Positions 1-8,155 of a DNA stretch of 41,038 nucleotides are shown in pieces. Location of the stretch: NCBI GenBank assembly GCA_948466095.1, contig CAOJZE010000001.1:1-41038 (forward strand), given 5' to 3'. The stretch is from an uncultured Clostridium sp. (lineage in GTDB: Bacteria; Bacillota; Clostridia; TANB77; CAG-508). The position numbers and the translations under genes were made by a program. Position 1 is the first letter of the stretch. The number at the start of each line of letters is the position of its first letter. Below the pieces are notes generated by a model. The model was given only the letters and a program-made list of their open reading frames with translations, did not search any database and was not told where the DNA came from.

Positions 1-9
1 CTAGTTAAT

Positions 10-249
10 TTGAAATTAAGAAAAACATTTATTAACCAGATATATAAGTTAATGCAAAATGGAATGTTTGATATGACTATTGCAGATGAAAAAGATAAGG
101 AAGTTAGAACAACGGTTATGATGGACAAGCAAGAATTACAAGAATATATTGAAAGATTAAATGACTATTACGAAGTATCTTATTATGAAGTAGCAAGACT
201 AGATGAGCCAAAGAAAGGTTACCAGAAAAAAATATCTAACAATAGATGA
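10..249 (+). CDS. Hypothetical protein of the mobile element (possibly 5'-truncated by the window edge and 3'-split)
   Basis: The ORF has no stop between window position 1 and 10. An A7 run lies at 226-232. Removing one A would extend the frame to a TAA at 377-379 (...QKKYLTIDETNDNGEKLFKLVELITDDKKYPQKKVNRIVGAIRVKEREKVS). Confidence 0.3.
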   Translation: MKLRKTFINQIYKLMQNGMFDMTIADEKDKEVRTTVMMDKQELQEYIERLNDYYEVSYYEVARLDEPKKGYQKKISNNR

Positions 250-404
250 AACAAATGATAATGGAGAAAAACTTTTTAAATTAGTTGAACTAATAACAGA
301 TGATAAAAAGTATCCACAGAAAAAAGTAAATAGAATTGTTGGAGCAATTAGAGTAAAGGAACGAGAAAAAGTTAGTTAAAATTTAATAAATGGAGGAATT
401 GAAA

Positions 405-794
405 ATGGAAAATAAAGAATTAAAAGAAAACAAAATTGAGAATAAATATGGAATTGAATATACAAAAGTTGGAGATTACTATATGCCAAATTTAGTATTA
501 GAAAAAGAAAAAATTATGCTAAACAAATATGGAAGAATGAGATTAAAATTTCTAAAAGAAAACAAAAAAGCAGAATATACAATAATGTTTATGAATGGAA
601 CTTTGAATAAACATTTAAAGGAGATTCAAGAAACAGCACAAGGGAGAATTGATATTACAATTGAACAATTAAAAAAGCAAAATAATCTAACAGAAGAAAT
701 GAAAAATAAAGACCAACTTTATTGGGTAAGTATGATGAATAATTTTAGAAACACATCAGAAGAAATTATATTAAAAGAACTAATATATGTATAA
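405..794 (+). CDS. tnpV: TnpV-like transposon-associated protein
   Basis: The protein pattern 'YYMPNL...NKYGRMRLKFLKENKK...' with C-terminal '...SEEIILKELIYV' matches the Tn4451-type TnpV family as I remember it. GGAGG at 392-396 favours the ATG at 405 over the one at 390. Confidence 0.75.
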   Translation: MENKELKENKIENKYGIEYTKVGDYYMPNLVLEKEKIMLNKYGRMRLKFLKENKKAEYTIMFMNGTLNKHLKEIQETAQGRIDITIEQLKKQNNLTEEMKNKDQLYWVSMMNNFRNTSEEIILKELIYV

Positions 795-799
795 CAAAT

Positions 800-935
800 C
801 ACAGGTAGGAGCAAACAGACAAATGTATTGCCATATTTAATGTCTATAAGTGTAGCGAGCATAGGTTTTGTATTGCCACAAAACCGACAGCTTACGCTGA
901 AAGGGGAAAAATCTTCCCCTATAACCCCTACCTTA
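800..935 (+). promoter_or_regulatory. Candidate oriT (origin of transfer) upstream of mobC
   Basis: This is a locally GC-richer non-coding patch. It has a direct repeat TGTATTGCCA at 824-833 and 869-878. It has hairpins GGTTTTG/CAAAACC (around 864-885) and AGGGGAA/TTCCCCT (902-908/914-920). It sits immediately 5' of mobC-relaxase, the usual oriT location. Confidence 0.45.
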
Positions 936-1047
936 TGAAATGGAAAAGTTAAAAAATAGATTGAAAAGTGTATAAGAACTTAAAAATTTTTAAGAAAGTT
1001 TTTATAAAAAATGGATCGAAAATTTATCAAAAAGGAAGTGAAAAATT

Positions 1048-1371
1048 ATGAGAAATAGAACAATAGGAATTAATGTTAGAGTGAGTGAAAATGAAAAGAA
1101 AAAACTACAAAGGAATGCTAAAAAGAGTAACTTAAATTTGTCGTCTTATTTAAGAAAAGCAGGATTACAAAAAGAAATTTATTCAATACCAGATGAAGAA
1201 CTTCGTAAAATTTATAATGGAATTGTTGAATTAAAAAATGAGTTTTCTTATATGAGTGATGAAGAAATAAAAGAGAAAATAACAAAAATGCAAAGTGACT
1301 TTTTAGACATTTACAATTACAAAAATGATGGAGATGATGTGGGTGGCAACAACGAAAATATGGGCAATTAA
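1048..1371 (+). CDS. mobC: MobC-like relaxosome accessory protein (ribbon-helix-helix)
   Basis: The N-terminus 'RTIGINVRVSENEKKKLQRNAKKSNLNLSSYLRKAGL' is typical of MobC/RHH mobilization proteins. The gene overlaps the relaxase start. Confidence 0.8.
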   Translation: MRNRTIGINVRVSENEKKKLQRNAKKSNLNLSSYLRKAGLQKEIYSIPDEELRKIYNGIVELKNEFSYMSDEEIKEKITKMQSDFLDIYNYKNDGDDVGGNNENMGN

Positions 1372-2716
1372 AGATAGTATATCTCGAGTAATAAGCTATG
1401 CGAAAAATCCAGAAAAGACAACATTTTCAGATTTAAAACAAGTATTAAAATATGCAGAAGATGATGAGAAAACTATAGATAAAGATGAAAAAACTATGTA
1501 TGTAACAGGAGTAAATTGTAATGCACAAACAGCCTATGAAGAAATGGTAACAGTACAAAATAGATTTGATAAGACCACAGGAAATGTTGCATATCACGCA
1601 TATCAAAGTTTTAAAACAGGAGAAGTATCGCCAGAATTAGCACATAAAATTGGAATAGAACTTGCTGAAAAAATGTGGAGCGAACACCAAGTAGTAGTTG
1701 CTACACATTTTAATACAGGCACATACCATAATCATTTTGTGGTAAATTCAGTTAATATGTTTACAGGTAAAAAGTTTGACTGCAACAAAGGTGCATATTA
1801 TCATTTTAGAGAGTTATCAGATAATCTATGCAGAGAATATGGTCTAACAGTTATTGAAAAGCCGACAGGAAAAACACCAAGAAGTATATATTTTGCAGAA
1901 AAACGAGGAGAGCCAACAAAGTATAATGTAATAAGACAAGCTATTGATGAAACGATGGAAATGTGTATAAATTACGGGCAGTTTAAAAAGATAATGCTAA
2001 AAAAAGGTTATATAATAAATGATGATTATAATAGGAAATATCCAACAATTCGTTCAATAAATGATAAAAAAGCAGTCAGAATGTATCATTTAGGAGAACA
2101 ATATTTGCCAAAGAATATTGCAAATAAAGTTGAGCATAATCCTTATTATTATCAAAATAGATATATGGAATTTATACACCTTAAAAAGAAAAAACAAAAA
2201 TATAAATTTTATAAATATAAGGGTAAATTCAAAGATATTAGTAAAATGAGTGGAATTGATGTACTATTTCTACTTCTATTTCACTTATTAGGACTGCTAT
2301 CCAAAAGGGAAAACTTTCAACCACTATCTCCAGAAATGAAACAAGAAGTAAGAAAAATGGAACGATATTCTAATGAAATTAGACTTATAGTAACAGCAAA
2401 ACTAAAAACAACAGAAGATGTAAAAAGTTATATTTCACAAACTGAAAAAAATATTGAGAGTGTTACTAATTTAAGACAAAAATACAGAAATAAGCTAAGA
2501 AATTGCAAAGATGATAACTTAATGGAAGAATATAAAGAAAAGCGAAATGAATGCACTACAATGCTAAATAAGTATAGAAAAAATTTAAAAACAGCAAATT
2601 ATATTTTAGAAGATACACCAAAGGTTAAAGAAGTTATAAAAATTGAAATGCAAATGAAAAATGGACAAGATGATGTTACTAAAACAAAGAAAAAGGATAG
2701 AAATTTAAGCAGATAA
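1343..2716 (+). CDS. Relaxase/mobilization nuclease (MobA/VirD2 family)
   Basis: Relaxase motifs are present: 'ATTKIWAIKDS...YAKNPEKT', 'AYHAYQSF' and the histidine cluster 'HFNTGTYHNHFVVNSV'. The likely start is the GTG at 1343 (MATTKIW...) rather than the ATG at 1325. Confidence 0.85.
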   Translation: MATTKIWAIKDSISRVISYAKNPEKTTFSDLKQVLKYAEDDEKTIDKDEKTMYVTGVNCNAQTAYEEMVTVQNRFDKTTGNVAYHAYQSFKTGEVSPELAHKIGIELAEKMWSEHQVVVATHFNTGTYHNHFVVNSVNMFTGKKFDCNKGAYYHFRELSDNLCREYGLTVIEKPTGKTPRSIYFAEKRGEPTKYNVIRQAIDETMEMCINYGQFKKIMLKKGYIINDDYNRKYPTIRSINDKKAVRMYHLGEQYLPKNIANKVEHNPYYYQNRYMEFIHLKKKKQKYKFYKYKGKFKDISKMSGIDVLFLLLFHLLGLLSKRENFQPLSPEMKQEVRKMERYSNEIRLIVTAKLKTTEDVKSYISQTEKNIESVTNLRQKYRNKLRNCKDDNLMEEYKEKRNECTTMLNKYRKNLKTANYILEDTPKVKEVIKIEMQMKNGQDDVTKTKKKDRNLSR

Positions 2717-2757
2717 TATACAAGTAACAACTTCTTTTCATTAATTTCTGAAAATAA

Positions 2758-2786
2758 TTGTTTTTATACTGATTTTATGATATAAA
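2758..2786 (+). promoter_or_regulatory. SigA-type promoter candidate for the cargo operon
   Basis: TTGTTT (2758-2763), a 17-nt spacer ending in TGa, then TATAAA (2781-2786). Confidence 0.35.
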
Positions 2787-2816
2787 TAAGTAAAATAGAG
2801 ATTTGTAAGGAGAAAA

Positions 2817-3572
2817 ATGATGTCAAAAGATTTTATACATTTTTTTGGAACAACAGGAAATAAAGATATATTTTTTAAGAAAATTAGGTCATCAGGTGGA
2901 TTATATTTTAGTGTAGACAGTACAAATATAATTATAGATCCAGGACCAAATACATTTTATAAATATATAAACAATTATGAAGATAAAATTGATGGAATAA
3001 TCTTATCTCATATACATATAGACCATTCAAATGATTTGAATATATTTGTGGAGCTTATGACAAATGGAGGAGAAGAAAAACAAGGAAGTCTATTATTACC
3101 AAATCAAGCAATAGAGGAAAGAGTATTATTTCCATATGTAAAAGAGTTTCCCAAGCATTTAGAAATTATAAAACCGAATAGTAACTATACAATAAAAAAC
3201 ATAGAAATTACATCATCAATAGAACATAAACATGGTGTTGAAAATTATGGATTTAAGATAAAAACTAAAAATCATATTATAGGATTAGTAACTGATACAG
3301 CATATTTTCCAGAACTTTTAAATTCTTATAAAGGCTGTGATATTTTAATAATAAATGTACCATATTATATACAAGATAAACCAAAGCCTAAACATTTAGA
3401 TATAGCTAATGTAGAAGAATTTATAAAAGTGATAAAGCCTAGTAAAGTAATTCTAACTCATTTTAATTGTAATATCTTAAATAGTAACACTGTTAGCATT
3501 GCTAATGAACTAAGTAGAAAGTATGGTATAGAGATAATATCAGCAGAAGATGATATGATTTTAGAATTATAG
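2817..3572 (+). CDS. MBL-fold metallo-hydrolase
   Basis: Contains the 'HIHIDHSNDL' (HxHxDH) metallo-beta-lactamase signature. Size is 251 aa. Confidence 0.8.
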   Translation: MMSKDFIHFFGTTGNKDIFFKKIRSSGGLYFSVDSTNIIIDPGPNTFYKYINNYEDKIDGIILSHIHIDHSNDLNIFVELMTNGGEEKQGSLLLPNQAIEERVLFPYVKEFPKHLEIIKPNSNYTIKNIEITSSIEHKHGVENYGFKIKTKNHIIGLVTDTAYFPELLNSYKGCDILIINVPYYIQDKPKPKHLDIANVEEFIKVIKPSKVILTHFNCNILNSNTVSIANELSRKYGIEIISAEDDMILEL

Positions 3573-3611
3573 ATTGTTAGTAATTATTTAAAATAAAAGG
3601 AGTCGATAAAA

Positions 3612-3956
3612 ATGAAAGTAATAAAATATAATGATGCTTTAAAAGGCAAAAATAGTGGTAAGTGTAAGACTTTAGAATATTCATTTATGGATAAAGATAT
3701 AGATTTAGGTATAGCAATAATTAGTGGAAGATATCCTGATGAAGGGTATGGTATAAATCTTATAAGTAAAGAACTAATATATGTTATTGAAGGAAGTGGA
3801 ACATTAAATTTTGAAAATGAAAAAATTAAATTTTCAGAAGGAGATTCTATTTTAATAGAGCCTAATGAAAAATATTATTATGATACTGAATATTGTAAGA
3901 TATCTATGTCTTGTACACCTGCATGGTCAATGGAACAACATAAATTAGTAAAATAA
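3612..3956 (+). CDS. Cupin domain protein
   Basis: A small 114-aa protein with a cupin_2-like core: 'ELIYVIEGSGTLNFENEKIKFSEGDSILIEPNEKYYY'. Confidence 0.65.
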   Translation: MKVIKYNDALKGKNSGKCKTLEYSFMDKDIDLGIAIISGRYPDEGYGINLISKELIYVIEGSGTLNFENEKIKFSEGDSILIEPNEKYYYDTEYCKISMSCTPAWSMEQHKLVK

Positions 3957-3976
3957 TGAAAGGAAATTAGAGAAAA

Positions 3977-4606
3977 ATGAATATTATAGATATTTATAAT
4001 AAATACCATTTACCAGAAAATTTACAAATGCATATGTTAAGAGTTGCTGCATGTAGTAATTTAATAATAGATAACTGGAATGGACCAAAAATAGATAAAG
4101 AATCAATTATTAGAGTAAGTCTATTGCATGACATGGGAAATATGGTAAAAATACCAGAAGACTTTTCAAAAGATGAAGAATTTATAAAAATAAGAAAAAA
4201 ATATTTTGAAAAATATGGAACTAATGACCATGAAATCAATTTAGAAATTGGAAAACAAGAGGGATTAACTGAAAAAGAAATTGTTATATTAGATGGAAAA
4301 AGGTCAAGAAAGAATGAAGAAACATTAAAATCAAATTCTTATGAAAGGAAAATTTGTGCCTATTGCGACCAGAGAGTAGCACCAAATGGAGTAGTAGAAA
4401 TAAAAGAAAGATTAGAAGATGCAAAAGTTAGATATACAGATAAACCATTATCTGTATGGTCTAATGAAGAAAAAGCAAATCATTTAATAGAATGTTCTTT
4501 AGGTATAGAAAAACAAATAATGGAACATTGTAAATTAAATCCAGAAGATATAAATGATGATAGTATAAAAACATATATAGAACGATTAAAAAAATATGAA
4601 ATATAG
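3977..4606 (+). CDS. HD-domain phosphohydrolase
   Basis: Contains 'H..RVA' followed by the 'LLHDMGN' (H...HD) motif. Confidence 0.7.
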   Translation: MNIIDIYNKYHLPENLQMHMLRVAACSNLIIDNWNGPKIDKESIIRVSLLHDMGNMVKIPEDFSKDEEFIKIRKKYFEKYGTNDHEINLEIGKQEGLTEKEIVILDGKRSRKNEETLKSNSYERKICAYCDQRVAPNGVVEIKERLEDAKVRYTDKPLSVWSNEEKANHLIECSLGIEKQIMEHCKLNPEDINDDSIKTYIERLKKYEI

Positions 4607-4615
4607 GAGAGAAAG

Positions 4616-4954
4616 ATGAAATTTGATGTTAAAAAAGTAAAAATTATTGTAACTGTACCAGTTGAAAATAGCAAAGAAGTTAGAAGTGCTATTTGTGATG
4701 AAGGAGCAGGAATTATAGGAAATTATACAGATTGTACTATATCTACAAAGTGTATAGGAACTTTTAAACCTTTAGATGATGCTAATCCATATATTGGACA
4801 AAAAAATAAATTAGAATTTGTAGAAGAAGAAAAATTAGAAGTAAGATGTGATGTTAGTATAGTTAAAAGGGTACTAAAAAGATTAAGAGAAGTTCATCCT
4901 TATGAAGAACCAGCAATAGATATAATTCCTCTAATAGAAGAAGATGATTTATAA
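4616..4954 (+). CDS. Stand-alone NIF3/YqfO insert-domain-like (PII-like fold) protein
   Basis: 'KIIVTVPVENSKEVRSAICDEGAGIIGNYTDCTISTKCIGTFKP...NPYIGQ...EEEKLEV...HPYEEPAIDIIPL' matches the inserted domain of YqfO/NIF3 proteins as I remember it. Confidence 0.55.
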   Translation: MKFDVKKVKIIVTVPVENSKEVRSAICDEGAGIIGNYTDCTISTKCIGTFKPLDDANPYIGQKNKLEFVEEEKLEVRCDVSIVKRVLKRLREVHPYEEPAIDIIPLIEEDDL

Positions 4955-4974
4955 AAATCAATATAAAGGAGAAG

Positions 4975-5502
4975 ATGATGAGAAAAATAACAGTTGAAAT
5001 GGCATGTTCTATTAATGGATTAATTGCAACAGAACATGGAAATGAGGACTTTCTATCTTACAGAGGTTGGGAGATAATGTTGGAATTTTTAAAGGAATAT
5101 GATGTACTGATATGGGGCAGAAAAACTTGGGAAAATATAGTATCTTGGGGAGAAGACTATTTAAATGACTTAAAAGACATAAATATAATTATTCTAAGTG
5201 AAACAAGTAATAAGAAAAAACAATGTTCAAATATTACATATTGCAGTTCGATAGAAGATTGTTTAAAAGTATGTGAAAAAATGAAATACGAAAAATTATT
5301 CATTTCTGGTGGTGCAACTATAAATAATTCTTTTATGGAAAAAGGAATAGTAGATAATATTATTTTAAATTATAATCCATTTGTATTAAATAAAGGAATA
5401 CCACTATTTAAAGGTAATTATTTTGAAAACAAACTAAAACTTGAAAAAATTATAAGAGAACAGGAAGATATAGTACAAGTTCATTATAGTGTTATAAACT
5501 AA
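4975..5502 (+). CDS. Dihydrofolate-reductase-like (RibD C-terminal domain) family protein
   Basis: Size is 175 aa. 'SINGLIAT...', 'WGRKTWE' and 'ISGGATINNSFMEKGIVDNIILNYNPFVLNKGIPLF' resemble RibD_C/DHFR-like reductases. Confidence 0.6.
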   Translation: MMRKITVEMACSINGLIATEHGNEDFLSYRGWEIMLEFLKEYDVLIWGRKTWENIVSWGEDYLNDLKDINIIILSETSNKKKQCSNITYCSSIEDCLKVCEKMKYEKLFISGGATINNSFMEKGIVDNIILNYNPFVLNKGIPLFKGNYFENKLKLEKIIREQEDIVQVHYSVIN

Positions 5503-5544
5503 AAACAAGAAAATAAGTATAGCAAAGAAAGGAGATGTTGATAA

Positions 5545-6388
5545 ATGAAACAATTAGATAACAAAGAAAGTTATAATAATAAAACTTTTGAAGATATAAA
5601 ACATATTGACGAAAATGGAATTGAATTTTGGCATGCAAGAGAATTGATGAAAGTTTTAAGTTATAAAGATTGGAGATATTTTGATGCAGTAATTGAAAAA
5701 GCAAAGATAGCTTGTCAAAACTCTGAAATAACTGACATTGACCATTTCGTTGTTGACAACAAAATGGTTGAAATAGGTTCTGGTGCAAAAAGAGAACAAA
5801 AAGATTATAAATTAACAAGATATGCTTGCTATCTTATAGCTCAAAATGCAAATCCAAGATTAAAAATTGTAGCTCTTGCACAAACATATTTTGCAATTCA
5901 AACTAGAAAACAAGAAATTAGTGAAAAGGAATATAGTTCATTAACAGAAGATGAAAAGAGATTTTATCAAAGAAACTTAACTAGAAAAGGTAATTATTCA
6001 CTTAATCAAACAGCTAAAAATGCAGGAGTTAAGAATTTTGATAAATTTCATAATGCTGGATATAAAGGTCTATACAATGGAGAAACGGCTGATGATATTG
6101 CCAAAAGAAAAGGATTAAGATATAGAGAAGATATTTTAGATAATATGGGAAGTGAAGAACTTGCAGCTAATTTATTTCGCATTACACAAACAGAATCAAG
6201 ATTAAAAAGAGATAAAGTTGATACTGAAAAGAAAGCTTGTGATACTCATAATAAAATTGGGAAAATAGTTAGAAAAGCAATTAAACAGGCAGGACGGAAC
6301 TATGCCAGAAGAATTGCCTACACCTAAAAAGAGTTTAAAACAATTAGAAAAAGAAAATAAGAGAAGTTTGAAGAAAAAAGAAATTTGA
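5545..6388 (+). pseudogene. dinD: DNA damage-inducible protein D (DinD), with the C-terminus shifted by a single-base indel near 6269-6300
   Basis: The N-terminus 'FEDIKHIDENGIEFWHARELMKVL.Y..W..F..VIEKAK.AC' is DinD-like. After '...AIKQAG' the expected 'GTMPEELPTPKKSLKQLEKENKRSLKKKEI*' continues in the +1 frame to a TGA at 6386-6388. Confidence 0.7.
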
Positions 6389-6442
6389 ATAGAGTTTTAT
6401 TAACGGGATAAAATTGGTTATAATTCTACGAATTATTAGTAT

Positions 6443-6470
6443 TTGTAATATTAATAATTTGTGATAAAAT
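6443..6470 (+). promoter_or_regulatory. SigA-type promoter candidate for the 3-gene cassette
   Basis: TTGTAA (6443-6448), a 16-nt spacer ending in TGa, then TAAAAT (6465-6470), about 55 nt upstream of the ATG at 6524. Confidence 0.35.
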
Positions 6471-6523
6471 ATGTAACAGTATATTCAATATAAGATTAAT
6501 ATAATAAATAAAAGGGTAAAAGG

Positions 6524-7825
6524 ATGATAAATAGAAAAACTAAAAAGAAATTACGAAGGAAGAATTATTTAAAGCATAAATTAGAAAAAGTAATGAGGCA
6601 AAGGCATAGATATAATAAAAAGAAAAAGTGTAAAAGTAAAGCAATTAACTTTTTACCGAAAATAGTTCAATCTAAAAGAAATACTAAAATAGTAGAACTG
6701 TTAAAAAAAGAAAAATTTATTAAAAAAGTTAGAAGAAAAAGTAAAGAAGATAGAGTTATAATAGATATACCACAAGTTTTTAGTTTTATAAAAAATCCAG
6801 AAGAAACAATTTTAACTTTAAAAAAGATTTTTTATTGTGGAAATAATAAGAAAATTAAAAAAATTTATTTTAATTATGATAATTGTAAAGAATTAGGTTT
6901 ATGTGCATCACTAATTACAGATTTAATTGTTGTTGAATTATCAAAGACAAGAAAAATAGGATTAAGTGGAACAGCACCTCAAGATAGATTAGCAAGAAAG
7001 ATGTTTAATATAACAGGATTACCAAAACATTTAGGAATTAGAAATATATCTACAAAAGATACAGAAACATTAGAAACTTTATCTAATTTAGAATTATCTG
7101 ATATGTGCGAAAAGCTAGTAGAATATTATAATAACTGTTTACACACACAAGGGTATGCATTATCAGATGATGGAAAAAATAAGTTTGGAAAAATGTTTGG
7201 AGAGGTATTTGATAATGCAATAAAGTATAGTGGAAATTTAGGATCTTGGCACGCACTAGGTTATTTTGATAGACCAGAAGAAGATAAAAATTATGGTAAA
7301 TGTAGATTAGTATTAATGAATTTTGGTAATAGTATATATGAGGGGTTAAAAGCAGAAGATACTACTAAATATACAAAAAAACAGTTAGAGCGACATACAA
7401 AAAAACATCATAGCTTTTTTGGTATAAATTTTAATGAAGAAGTATTATGGACATTATATGCTTTGCAAAAGAATGTAAGTAAACAAAGAATAGATAAACA
7501 AGATACAAAAGGAAAAGGGACAATTGATTTGATTGAGAGTTTTATGGCAATAGGAGCTGAAATAAATGAAGAAAAACCTATAATGTCTATAACATCAGGT
7601 GGATGTCATATTTTATTTGATGGAACATATACTTTAAAAGAGATAGAATATAAAGATGGAAGAAAAGTGCCAATTATTGCATTTAATGATAAAAATAGTT
7701 TAAACCATAAACCAGACTCAAACTATGTATATGCTATAAAAAATAAATTTATAGGAACTGTAATATCAATGGAATTTTATTTAGACAGACAATATATAAC
7801 TGAAATGTTGAAAAAAGGAGATTAA
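6524..7825 (+). CDS. GHKL (HATPase_c-like) ATPase / putative serine-kinase-like protein with a Lys/Arg-rich N-terminal extension
   Basis: Motifs read by eye: N-box-like 'FGEVFDNAIKYSG', G1-like 'LVLMNFGNSIYEGL' (Asn where Asp is usual) and G2-like 'TKGKGTIDLIESF'. Residues 1-75 are dominated by K/R. This is the first gene of a translationally coupled trio. Confidence 0.55.
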   Translation: MINRKTKKKLRRKNYLKHKLEKVMRQRHRYNKKKKCKSKAINFLPKIVQSKRNTKIVELLKKEKFIKKVRRKSKEDRVIIDIPQVFSFIKNPEETILTLKKIFYCGNNKKIKKIYFNYDNCKELGLCASLITDLIVVELSKTRKIGLSGTAPQDRLARKMFNITGLPKHLGIRNISTKDTETLETLSNLELSDMCEKLVEYYNNCLHTQGYALSDDGKNKFGKMFGEVFDNAIKYSGNLGSWHALGYFDRPEEDKNYGKCRLVLMNFGNSIYEGLKAEDTTKYTKKQLERHTKKHHSFFGINFNEEVLWTLYALQKNVSKQRIDKQDTKGKGTIDLIESFMAIGAEINEEKPIMSITSGGCHILFDGTYTLKEIEYKDGRKVPIIAFNDKNSLNHKPDSNYVYAIKNKFIGTVISMEFYLDRQYITEMLKKGD

Positions 7826-7826
7826 A

Positions 7827-8153
7827 ATGGAGATTTATAAAATAGATTTGAAAGATTATATTGAAAGCAAAAAAGTGCTTGCAGGAAGAACTAATGGTGA
7901 AGATATTAGGAAAAAAATTAATTTGGAGAAAATAGAAAATGAAAATGAAAAAATAGAAATAATAATTCCTAATGATGTTTTTTCATTTAATTCTTCTTAT
8001 TTTTTAGGTATGTTTGGAGAAAGTGTAAAAAAATTAGGTAAAGAAAAGTTTGAAGAAAAGTATCAATTTAATACTAAAAATGAATCAATAAGAATGAACA
8101 TTAAAGATGGTATAGATGAAGCATTAAATAATGTAGATGTGTTTGGAGGGTAG
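7827..8153 (+). CDS. STAS-like small protein (DUF4325-type)
   Basis: The start is 1 nt after the upstream stop. 'LAGRTNGEDIRKKI...KIEIIIPNDVFSFNSSYFLGMFGESVKKLGKEKFEEKYQF' matches the DUF4325/STAS-like pattern as I remember it. Confidence 0.55.
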   Translation: MEIYKIDLKDYIESKKVLAGRTNGEDIRKKINLEKIENENEKIEIIIPNDVFSFNSSYFLGMFGESVKKLGKEKFEEKYQFNTKNESIRMNIKDGIDEALNNVDVFGG

Positions 8154-8155
8154 AT

